DNA from: an uncultured Gammaproteobacteria bacterium
GTDB lineage: Bacteria > Patescibacteriota > Patescibacteriia > S139-126
Length of the DNA stretch: 64,000 nucleotides
Assembly: GCA_964493305.1 (NCBI GenBank)
Contig: CAZBLW010000001.1
Location: forward strand, 113,484-177,483
Direction of reading: 5' to 3'
Shown: one piece after another, positions 44,135-52,218 of the stretch
Position numbering within the stretch: the first letter of the stretch is position 1
Layout: the number at the start of each line of letters is the position of its first letter
Position numbers and translations under genes: made by a program
Notes under the pieces: model-generated
Database searches by the model: none
What the model saw: the letters and a program-made list of their open reading frames with translations, nothing else
What the model was told of the DNA's origin: nothing

Positions 44135-45463
44135 CTATAGAGATAGTATTTTATTTTTAAAGCTAATTATTTTATTTCTCAATAAAATTTCACCATTTAG
44201 ACAAGCAAGTAAATCTCGCTTCTCCTGATCCTCACCCTCTCTTAAAATAAATTTTGCATAGTTATTAATATCGACGTCATTCACGTCGATATTATCATTT
44301 TTACCCGTAACCATATTTTGAAACTTTTTAAATCTCCGTATATCTGATTTAATCTTGTTTTGCATCGGGGATTTATTGAAATCGAATTCATCCGTGAGCT
44401 TTTGTAGTTGTTTGATCAAATCAGTTTCATTAATATATCCGCTTTTGCAGTACTTGTCTTTGGCTTTGGTGCATCCGTAATATACATGCCGGTTATACTC
44501 ACCGTTTTTCAATTTCTTGAATTTCTCAGTGGCAGAGATGCCTGATCCGCATAAACCGCATTTCATTATCTTGGTAAAAGCAAACTCAATATTTTCTCTC
44601 CTCACCAGTTGCGAGTTTTTCATCTGTTCCTGAACTTGATCAAACAATTCCTTAGTAATAATAGGTTGGTGTTTCCCCTGATACCAATTGCCTGACCCTC
44701 TGGGGTACTCAAACGGCCCGTAATAGAACGTATTCTCCAATAAGCGGTAGATATTACCCAGGCTCAAATGTTTCTTGCCTAGGGCTGTTCTAAAGTTCAA
44801 TTCAAACCGCAGCCAGTGATAGAGTTTTCTGCCTGACCATTTTTCATAGGCGACTTTTTCAAACATCTGCTTAATAACTGGCCCCCTCTCAGGATCAATC
44901 AAGCATTCTCCCTTATGGTCGACTCTTTTCTCTTTTAGATACCCTGTGGGAGGGCAGGTCGGCCATAAGCCCATCTCACATCTCGTTCTCAAACCTCTTT
45001 TGACATTAATGCCTCGGTTATCATTCTCCAGCTTGGCCTGAGAACAAAGTATCATGAGCAAAAACTTTTCATTGGGTGAATTACTGAATGTTTGTCCGAA
45101 TGTTCTGATGCCTAAAAGTTTTTTCGCATCCATAAGATCCACGAGCGATCCTAAATCACCAGCATTTCTTGATAACCTGTCCGGTGCCCAGGTGAGAATG
45201 GCATTGAATTTATCTTCGCGAATATCACGCAGGATCTCCCTAAACACCGGGCGCTTGTCTGAATCCTTGGCTGATTTTGCTTCACGCCGTATATCTATGA
45301 TTTCAAGATTCTCTCGCTCCGCTATCTGGAGCATTTCTTTTACCTGCGAATCAATGGACAGCGCCTGCCGCTCGTCTGATTCAGTGCTTTTCCGGGCATA
45401 TAAACAATACCTCAGCTTATCTGCCACCTGTATGGGATCCTTTTGTTTGGTAGTAATCTCCAT
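44135..45463 (-). CDS. Serine recombinase (resolvase catalytic domain + recombinase domain + zinc ribbon; small member of the large-serine-recombinase type)
   Basis: N-terminal YARKSTESDERQALSIDSQ catalytic Ser/Arg motif; C-terminal Cys cluster CGLCGSG...YYGCTKAKDKYC. Confidence 0.8.
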   Translation of the reverse strand: MEITTKQKDPIQVADKLRYCLYARKSTESDERQALSIDSQVKEMLQIAERENLEIIDIRREAKSAKDSDKRPVFREILRDIREDKFNAILTWAPDRLSRNAGDLGSLVDLMDAKKLLGIRTFGQTFSNSPNEKFLLMILCSQAKLENDNRGINVKRGLRTRCEMGLWPTCPPTGYLKEKRVDHKGECLIDPERGPVIKQMFEKVAYEKWSGRKLYHWLRFELNFRTALGKKHLSLGNIYRLLENTFYYGPFEYPRGSGNWYQGKHQPIITKELFDQVQEQMKNSQLVRRENIEFAFTKIMKCGLCGSGISATEKFKKLKNGEYNRHVYYGCTKAKDKYCKSGYINETDLIKQLQKLTDEFDFNKSPMQNKIKSDIRRFKKFQNMVTGKNDNIDVNDVDINNYAKFILREGEDQEKRDLLACLNGEILLRNKIISFKNKILSL

Positions 45464-45563
45464 GCCCCCATTAATGACAGAACCACCAGATTTGCTAAGC
45501 CCATTGCTGTCGATAACTTGTTGGCAACTTTTCTCTAGTTTTTATTAAGGAATACTAACGTTT

Positions 45564-47027
45564 TTAAATAAAATATATCCTTGGTACACGAGGGGGCTTT
45601 TCAGAAACACTATGTACTAAGTTGGAAAATGCGTCGACTAAATCGTCGTGTTTTTCTACGCCAAAATGAACGATCTGCTGTATCAGTTGTTCGGCTCCTT
45701 TTCTTGGAAACAGTACTTGTCCTGATTTGATGAGGTTAGCGGTCAGCACTAGGCGACTTCTCTTATCTTGATAACCGGGCCGGGTGGTCATGACGTGCCA
45801 CAACCCCTCGCTTTTTAATTGTTGCGGTAGGGCTTTTTGATACGCAACATCTTCGATGATAAACGTCGGAGGCAGACCATCTCTTTCATAACTTTTTTCC
45901 AGTAGCTTACAAGTATCAACGGTTTCGGGGAATGTCATGCGCCTATTGATGATTTTTGGAAGAATATATACACGATAACTCGTTTCAGTTTCATATAATA
46001 ATCCCAGTACCATAGCGGTATAGTCGGCAAGATTACTTTTTGAAATAGCGGGGTCAATGCCAATCCTTACTTCCATATGTGAGGAATAACCACTCTTAAA
46101 TTTTATTGGCGCCGGTATTTCATCATAGAAATGAATCCATTCCGGATAGATAGCTTGATCTTCGTCTGGAATAATATTCAGCAAGAATTCGCGTTGCCAA
46201 GCGATATCATCGCCAACTTTTCTTTTTTCAGCTTCAATGTCCTCACTGGTTGGATATTTGCCGGGCCATAAACATTTCCCTTTATTATCGATCAGGGGGA
46301 AATAAAGAAAGTTACCGTCAATGTTGTTATGTTCAGATTCGTCTTTCAAGCGCATGAGGAGCGAATCCTCGTGCAAGAGATTGCCCACCACGATTAACCG
46401 TGTGTTTTTATCCCCGGCTGGAATAACCTCGCCCTTGAGCCATTGATACGTCTTATTTCTGCCTTCCCGTGTCTTGGTTGAGGTCATATCTTCCACGTCA
46501 TCGCAAATAATCAAATCCGGACGATGTTCATGATGCCGAAGCCCCCGGATGCTTTGCTCAGTGGATGCTACGGTAATGCGCGCATCGGTATTGGAAAATA
46601 CCAGGGAATGCGAGCCCCATTCGTCGTTATCTTCTTGAAACGGGCCAAGGTCTTTTTTTAACAAATCATTATCCTCAAGCTCCCGGCGTAAATTCATCAT
46701 GTGTTGCTTGGCCTGGGTTTGGGTCTGGCAAAAAATGACCACAAACTTTTTTTGTTGTTTGCCTAAGATTGCCCAGATCGGATAAGCCGTGGTGATAACA
46801 GTAGATTTTCCTGATCCGCGGAAGGCGACCACAAACAGATTTTTATGGTCATTTATTTCGAGGAGATGGATAATCTCTTTTTGAAAATCTGCCGTGGCAT
46901 ATTTGACGTAGTGGGCGTAGTAGAAGTGAAAGAAGTAAGAAAAACTTTCCTTAGTGATGGCTATTCGTACTTTCTTGTCTTTCGTCATCTGCTCCACCAG
47001 GTCCTGTGGAATTATTTCGGTTGTCAT
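45564..47027 (-). CDS. terL: Phage terminase large subunit
   Basis: 487 aa; Walker A AFRGSGKST in the N-terminal ATPase; C-terminal RNase-H-like nuclease region with acidic residues (IGIDPA...). Confidence 0.8.
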   Translation of the reverse strand: MTTEIIPQDLVEQMTKDKKVRIAITKESFSYFFHFYYAHYVKYATADFQKEIIHLLEINDHKNLFVVAFRGSGKSTVITTAYPIWAILGKQQKKFVVIFCQTQTQAKQHMMNLRRELEDNDLLKKDLGPFQEDNDEWGSHSLVFSNTDARITVASTEQSIRGLRHHEHRPDLIICDDVEDMTSTKTREGRNKTYQWLKGEVIPAGDKNTRLIVVGNLLHEDSLLMRLKDESEHNNIDGNFLYFPLIDNKGKCLWPGKYPTSEDIEAEKRKVGDDIAWQREFLLNIIPDEDQAIYPEWIHFYDEIPAPIKFKSGYSSHMEVRIGIDPAISKSNLADYTAMVLGLLYETETSYRVYILPKIINRRMTFPETVDTCKLLEKSYERDGLPPTFIIEDVAYQKALPQQLKSEGLWHVMTTRPGYQDKRSRLVLTANLIKSGQVLFPRKGAEQLIQQIVHFGVEKHDDLVDAFSNLVHSVSEKPPRVPRIYFI

Positions 47028-47421
47028 CTGGTTTAATGTTTAATGGTAAAATTTGAGCCAATTGCAAGGCCTTGTGTACAATTTCGGTTTGCGAGGGGGT
47101 TAATTCTCCGGTATCGTCGAATTTGGAAGTGACCTCGACCTTGTCTTTGAATTTTGGATTCCGGTGGCGGAGCCAAAAGCTGATGGCTGACCAGTTTTTC
47201 TCTTTGATGAGCGTGAGGAGTTGGCTCTCGCTCATGTCATTCACTAGCGCCTCACCCTCAGCTAAGGCCTCGTCCATATCCTGACTGAATGTTTTATCTT
47301 CTCGTTTCCAGCGATATACGCTGTTGCGGGAAATACCTGTTTTTTCGCAAGCAACCTGCACAATGGGTATTTTTCGCAGTTCATCGAGAAAACCGTTTTT
47401 TACCTTATTTTTCTTGGCCAT
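46951..47421 (-). CDS. HTH protein, terminase small subunit-like
   Basis: 156 aa; N-terminal HTH (VACEKTGISRNSVYRWKRED); located immediately upstream of terL, with its 3' end overlapping the terL 5' end by ~77 nt in another frame. Confidence 0.5.
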   Translation of the reverse strand: MAKKNKVKNGFLDELRKIPIVQVACEKTGISRNSVYRWKREDKTFSQDMDEALAEGEALVNDMSESQLLTLIKEKNWSAISFWLRHRNPKFKDKVEVTSKFDDTGELTPSQTEIVHKALQLAQILPLNIKPDDNRNNSTGPGGADDERQESTNSHH

Positions 47422-48685
47422 ATACTTTTGCTTTAATACCTGTTAACCGCTCGTACCTCTTTATCGCTAAATCGCAAAAAATCGGTTCAAGCTCCATGGC
47501 ATAGACCTTTCGTTTTAATTGTTCCCCGGCGATAAGCGTACTGGCTGACCCGGAAAATGAATCAAGAATAATATCACCAGGCTTACTGCAGCGCCGGATC
47601 GCTTTTTCGTGGAGTTTCGGCGGCTTGCTGGTGGCGTGTTCGTATTTTTTGCCAGCCAAACGCTTCACCAGCCACACGTCCAGTTCATCCAGGCTTTCTT
47701 CCAACAGGTTATTCCCTGTGGTTATTTCCTTATTTAAGATTTCATTGAGATTTTTGATGGAGGGCGCAATGTATGGTTTTCCTTTCACGCCGTACACGGC
47801 TGGCTCATAGCATTTGTTAAACGCGGTCTGGGGTGTTGGGTTTTGTGAGTTTTTAATCCACAGACAGACACGTTTGTTCGCAATGCCAAGCTCTCGATAC
47901 AGTTCTTGCATCAGGCCTATATATGTCTGGTCGCACCAGTAGAAGATGTGGCAATCCGGCCTTGCCACCGATACGGCGGCAATAAGGGTGTCTTTAATGA
48001 ATTGTTTATATTCCTCATATGATCGGTTATCATTCACCACTCCACCGTAGTCCTTTTTTCCTCCAATGCCCTTGGTGTAATTAAGATTCAAATTATATGG
48101 AGGATCACTATATATAACCGATGCCCGGTCGTTGCCAAAGAGCCGCTTGAGGTTTTTGGGATCGGTTGAACTACCGCAGAGCAGTCGATGTGGTCCTAGC
48201 ACGATTAAGTCACCCAATTTAGTTTTGGGAGTTTTAATTTTTTTGATCTCCTGTTCAATGTCGAAATCTTCGTCTTTCACCTCCAGCTCGTTATCCCACA
48301 GGTGTGAAAGGTCAATCTGATCAAATCCCACATCAAGCAATAGATCCAAGTCAAAAGATTTCAGTTTTTCAAAATCCCAGTCACCGCCCAGGGCGTTGCT
48401 GGCTATGAGGTATTGTTTAGCCTCTTTTTCTGTGAGTTTGCGACTAGGGATACGGACATCAATAACTTCTTCCCCTCTGCCCAGAAATTGTAAGGCCTTG
48501 ATCCGCTGATGCCCGGCTAATATTTTCCCGTTAATATCAATAGCGGGAATTTCAACCAGATTGTATCTGGTGAGACTTTTTTTTAGATCCGACATTTGTT
48601 TGTCGGTGATGGTGCGAGGGTTCACGTCTTGGGGGATAAGATCGTTTACTCGCTTTTGCACGGTGTGCCACGTCAGTTTTTTCAT
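47405..48685 (-). CDS. ParB-like nuclease domain / DNA N6-adenine or N4-cytosine methyltransferase fusion
   Basis: N-terminal ParB/Srx motif (AGHQRIKA); MTase motif IV SDPPY followed by motif I LDSFSGSAST (beta-class order). Confidence 0.8.
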   Translation of the reverse strand: MKKLTWHTVQKRVNDLIPQDVNPRTITDKQMSDLKKSLTRYNLVEIPAIDINGKILAGHQRIKALQFLGRGEEVIDVRIPSRKLTEKEAKQYLIASNALGGDWDFEKLKSFDLDLLLDVGFDQIDLSHLWDNELEVKDEDFDIEQEIKKIKTPKTKLGDLIVLGPHRLLCGSSTDPKNLKRLFGNDRASVIYSDPPYNLNLNYTKGIGGKKDYGGVVNDNRSYEEYKQFIKDTLIAAVSVARPDCHIFYWCDQTYIGLMQELYRELGIANKRVCLWIKNSQNPTPQTAFNKCYEPAVYGVKGKPYIAPSIKNLNEILNKEITTGNNLLEESLDELDVWLVKRLAGKKYEHATSKPPKLHEKAIRRCSKPGDIILDSFSGSASTLIAGEQLKRKVYAMELEPIFCDLAIKRYERLTGIKAKVYGQEK

Positions 48686-48780
48686 ACGATGTTATTAATT
48701 ATTAAAAACTAACTGAGTCGATTATAAAGAAAAAACCGAGGCGTTGTGCTTCGGTTAAAAATATTGTTTAAATGTATAAG

Positions 48781-49725
48781 CTATATTTCTCCTAGTCTTT
48801 TTTTAGTTCTCGTAATGATAGTTCGAATACCATTGGTGGTTAATTTCGGCCATTTCTTTCTCATTTTAGCGAGTATATTAATATCGGTGGCTGTAAAACC
48901 AGAAAGACCTAACTCTCTATTCGGAGTAAGCTTCTTTTTTAATTCTTTATAGAGGTTATATACCATAATATCCCTGTCAAAAGTTTTCCATTCTTTGCTC
49001 TTGCCGATGTAGTCCTTTAACCGTTTTTGTTCCTCCGCTATCTGACCCCAGTTTTCCATGATGTCTTCTTTTTTGGTATGGCCGAGGATTTGCACAAATA
49101 GTTCCATTTGTTCAGTTTTTTCTTTTCGTTTCCAAGCAACATAAAAGTGAGGGGTGCGGTATTCCCTTCTGCCAAAAAAAATATATAGTTCCAAAAAATC
49201 CCTAAACCCTCGATCATTGTAATCAATGCCGAAGTGATTGAGTATCTCGTTGTAGGTTTGCCCATATACGGGTGGCAAGAATTTTTCTCTGAATTCATCC
49301 AACGCATCATATTCTTCGCTGGATATACGTTTTTTTCCGCCGGTAATGCGGAGTTTATTTTGTATGTATTCATCACTTCGCTCCATTTCCGCAAAGCGGT
49401 TCCAGAAATGTTCGTTCCAGGTTTTATATTGTTTATATTTTTTAAACGGTTTTCTGGGCAAGGGGCAACCCACTTCGGCAAAACGTTTCTTGAGCCAATC
49501 GATTTTTTCCAAAAACCATTGGTCCCGGATCATAGCTTGGGCCTTATAGTAGTTCTGGTCGTATATTTTACGGCTTTGCTTATTTTTCTTTATTTTTGTG
49601 GATTTCATGTGGATATTTAGCAGGTTGACAGATGTGGACAGTTCTGTATAATTATATATACCATGAATAAAACGAAAAAGATAGACTTGGCGGGTTACGC
49701 CTATATCCGTAATCAGGTTATCCAT
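48781..49725 (-). CDS. Hypothetical protein (true start probably the internal Met near 49605)
   Basis: 314 aa ORF; the first ~40 codons overlap the divergent repressor gene and its promoter, so a later start is likely; no recognisable motifs. Confidence 0.4.
   Translation of the reverse strand: MDNLITDIGVTRQVYLFRFIHGIYNYTELSTSVNLLNIHMKSTKIKKNKQSRKIYDQNYYKAQAMIRDQWFLEKIDWLKKRFAEVGCPLPRKPFKKYKQYKTWNEHFWNRFAEMERSDEYIQNKLRITGGKKRISSEEYDALDEFREKFLPPVYGQTYNEILNHFGIDYNDRGFRDFLELYIFFGRREYRTPHFYVAWKRKEKTEQMELFVQILGHTKKEDIMENWGQIAEEQKRLKDYIGKSKEWKTFDRDIMVYNLYKELKKKLTPNRELGLSGFTATDINILAKMRKKWPKLTTNGIRTIITRTKKRLGEI
49625..49652 (+). promoter_or_regulatory. Near-consensus sigma-70 promoter giving an essentially leaderless transcript for the LexA-like repressor
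   Basis: TTGACA (49625-49630) - 16 nt - TATAAT (49647-49652); ATG at 49663. Two ATGTGGA(Y)A direct repeats (49607 and 49632) overlap the promoter. Confidence 0.55.
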
Positions 49726-50280
49726 ACCGGGGTAACGCCGTCTTTGCGGGAAATAGGACGGGTTGTGGGTTATAATTCCCCTCGCTCCGTGCAGTTAATG
49801 CTTGAGAGGTTGCAGAGGCAGGGCCTGCTTTCATATGAGGATGGAATAATTAAGCTGTCTCCTCGTAAAAGAAAAAGCCAGGCTGAGCGAACCGTATCTG
49901 TACCCCTGGTGGGATCGGTGGCGTGTGGCATGCCGTCGCTGGCAGAACAGGAACCCGAGGCTATGATAGAGGTGTCAACCAAGTTGGCTACGCCGGGACA
50001 CATATATTTTCTACTCCGTGCACGAGGTACGTCCATGAACAAATCGGGTATTAAGGATGGCAATTTAGTTTTAGTGAGACAACAGCCTACTGCCGAAAGA
50101 GGAGACAAGGTTGTTGCACTAATAAATGATGAGGCAACAATAAAATTATTTTATCCTGAAAAAGATATGGTTGTCCTGAAACCTGATTCGACCGACAAGG
50201 AGCACAAACCAATTATTCTATCTGATGAATTTTTTATACAAGGGGTTGCGGTTGCATCCTTCCCCTCTGATATATACTAA
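49663..50280 (+). CDS. LexA-like / phage CI-like S24 peptidase repressor
   Basis: 205 aa; N-terminal LexA-type winged HTH (TPSLREIGRVVGYNSPRSVQLMLERLQRQGLL); cleavage-site-like VACG; Ser (RARGTSM) and Lys (EATIKL) catalytic dyad. Confidence 0.75.
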   Translation: MNKTKKIDLAGYAYIRNQVIHTGVTPSLREIGRVVGYNSPRSVQLMLERLQRQGLLSYEDGIIKLSPRKRKSQAERTVSVPLVGSVACGMPSLAEQEPEAMIEVSTKLATPGHIYFLLRARGTSMNKSGIKDGNLVLVRQQPTAERGDKVVALINDEATIKLFYPEKDMVVLKPDSTDKEHKPIILSDEFFIQGVAVASFPSDIY

Positions 50281-50298
50281 TCATTAAAATCAATCTTT

Positions 50299-50445
50299 AT
50301 GAGTAAAGGATCAAAAACCTTCCCCCTTGGCAGGGATTCCAAGACTGGCGAATTTATTCCGGTCAAGGAAGCCAGGCAGCACCCCAATACCACTACTGTG
50401 GAACGTGTGCCGAAGCGTGGCTACGGCGATACTAAGAAAAAATAA
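50299..50445 (+). CDS. Unlisted 48-aa small ORF (hypothetical)
   Basis: ATG..TAA ORF below the 60-aa track threshold, filling the gap between the repressor and GIY-YIG genes; no strong SD, so tentative. Confidence 0.25.
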   Translation: MSKGSKTFPLGRDSKTGEFIPVKEARQHPNTTTVERVPKRGYGDTKKK

Positions 50446-50457
50446 CCATCTTAAAGT

Positions 50458-50811
50458 ATGCAATTAAAATGGACAGAGCGGATTCCGCTCACAAAAACCG
50501 GTGTTGATAAGATAAATTCAATTGCCGGCGTGTACCGTTTGATTTATAAAGAATCAGATGATAAGTATTACGTGTATTATGTCGGGCAAACGGACGATTT
50601 AAATGACAGGCTTTCCCAACATCTCTCGGACAACGAGGAAAACGAATGTTGCCAAAAACATCTCGATAAGTATACCTGCTATTTTCGAGCGGCTGCTATT
50701 TCAACGCAAGCCAATCGGGATGGTGCCGAAGTAGCACTCTATAATCAATATAAACCTACATGTGTTGAAAGAGTTCCTGATGTTGATCCAATTGAAATTA
50801 ATTTTGATTAA
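50458..50811 (+). CDS. GIY-YIG domain protein
   Basis: 117 aa; GVYRLIYK...YYVYYVGQTDDLNDRLSQH matches the GIY-X10-YVG...R...H pattern. Confidence 0.65.
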   Translation: MQLKWTERIPLTKTGVDKINSIAGVYRLIYKESDDKYYVYYVGQTDDLNDRLSQHLSDNEENECCQKHLDKYTCYFRAAAISTQANRDGAEVALYNQYKPTCVERVPDVDPIEINFD

Positions 50812-50813
50812 TT

Positions 50814-51125
50814 ATGTCAGAAACCGCATCGCATAAAAACACAAAAACCCGCGGATTGAAAGGCTCAAAAACTGAGATCAAAATCCCCGGGAACCGTCGA
50901 CTTGATGCAGGTACATCAAATCGTGCTCGAGAAGTTGAAAGAAGTGGCAATAAAAAATCGATTGCGAAAGCCGTAAGGCGCCTTAACAGTCAAACTAATA
51001 AGAAAAAGGAATTATTGGTGCCGACGCAAAATCTTGATATGGCAAAATCGGTTGCAAAAAAAGTTGCTAAAGGAAAAATATTGATCCAGAATCTATCTAG
51101 GACTCAGAGACGGTTTGTTGAATAA
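50814..51125 (+). CDS. Hypothetical highly basic protein
   Basis: 103 aa, Lys/Arg-rich, no motifs recognised. Confidence 0.35.
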   Translation: MSETASHKNTKTRGLKGSKTEIKIPGNRRLDAGTSNRAREVERSGNKKSIAKAVRRLNSQTNKKKELLVPTQNLDMAKSVAKKVAKGKILIQNLSRTQRRFVE

Positions 51126-51143
51126 TTTGGTTTGTAAATATTT

Positions 51144-51527
51144 ATGTCTACAACAACTCAGTTTATAACTGCTGATTTTTTGGATGGCGTCATCAAATCC
51201 ACTCTAGCGATTCTTTGGAATATATTTAAAAGTATCTGGCCTTCCATAAAATATTTCCTAATAGGTTTTACAATATATATTGCTGGTGGTGTGCTGTTGC
51301 AAATAATTATGTTGAAAGGTAGTGGCAATCGTCACAAGTTGTCAGCACATTTTAATAAAATAGTTGGCGCTCTCACATATGCCGTCTTTTTTATTTTATA
51401 TCTGTTTATCGCTTATAAAATATGGGGGCCTCAGGTAATTGATGATTTATGGTTTACTCTAATTGGAACGCTCTCTTTTATTTCAACGTGGCTATTTTTA
51501 AGACTCATAGGTTTTTGGTACTATTAG
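51144..51527 (+). CDS. Hypothetical membrane protein (3 TM helices)
   Basis: 127 aa, hydrophobic segments. Confidence 0.4.
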   Translation: MSTTTQFITADFLDGVIKSTLAILWNIFKSIWPSIKYFLIGFTIYIAGGVLLQIIMLKGSGNRHKLSAHFNKIVGALTYAVFFILYLFIAYKIWGPQVIDDLWFTLIGTLSFISTWLFLRLIGFWYY

Positions 51528-51543
51528 TTTATAGGTTATTTAT

Positions 51544-52218
51544 ATGGAGCTATCAGATGAATTAATTCAAAAATTCAAAGATTTAACCGAAAAAAAGCAG
51601 GGTGAAAAAATTTCTTGGGAAGAAGCAAAAGAAGGTGTGAGTAGTTTTTTGCGTCTGATGGAGCTTTTCTATAAACAGGCGACAATTGACCATAAACGTC
51701 AGTTGAAACTAAAGGAACATCCAAAGGGTTTTCATATTGAAGGTCAAGGATATACCTGCGCTATTTGTTATGGCTCCATATCCGATGAGGAAACGTGGTA
51801 TGACAAATGGGGTATCAAATGCCTCTTATGCCAAAAGGCTATAGATAAAAAGATAATCCCGGGCTCAGTAGCTAAAAATGATAACACTTGGTATTCGGAA
51901 CATGATCTCCATACTAGGTTCAATATCGACAAGCGTGCAATGAAAGAATTTGTTAAAGCAGGTGTTTTAAAACCACGTATCGTACCTAACGCTTCCGGTC
52001 GCCCACATGTGTATATTTTTATGATAAAGGATAATAAAGACACGCTCCCACCAAAACACTTAACCGAGTCGGAACATGTGAGTTATAAAGGTGAAGAAAA
52101 AGGCAGAATTCATATTGAGCCGTGGTACAGATTTGTTGATCCGTACAAACATTTAGAGGTGTATAAAATCATGAATTATTTAAATGTTGTAAATAAAAAT
52201 GAAACTCATATCAAATAG
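51544..52218 (+). CDS. Hypothetical protein with CxxC...CxxC zinc-finger motif
   Basis: 224 aa; CAICYG...CLLCQ. Confidence 0.4.
   Translation: MELSDELIQKFKDLTEKKQGEKISWEEAKEGVSSFLRLMELFYKQATIDHKRQLKLKEHPKGFHIEGQGYTCAICYGSISDEETWYDKWGIKCLLCQKAIDKKIIPGSVAKNDNTWYSEHDLHTRFNIDKRAMKEFVKAGVLKPRIVPNASGRPHVYIFMIKDNKDTLPPKHLTESEHVSYKGEEKGRIHIEPWYRFVDPYKHLEVYKIMNYLNVVNKNETHIK

Noticed and set aside
45054-45548. 164-aa + strand ORF overlapping the serine recombinase gene
   Set aside because: Antisense to a recombinase with clear catalytic motifs; no SD.
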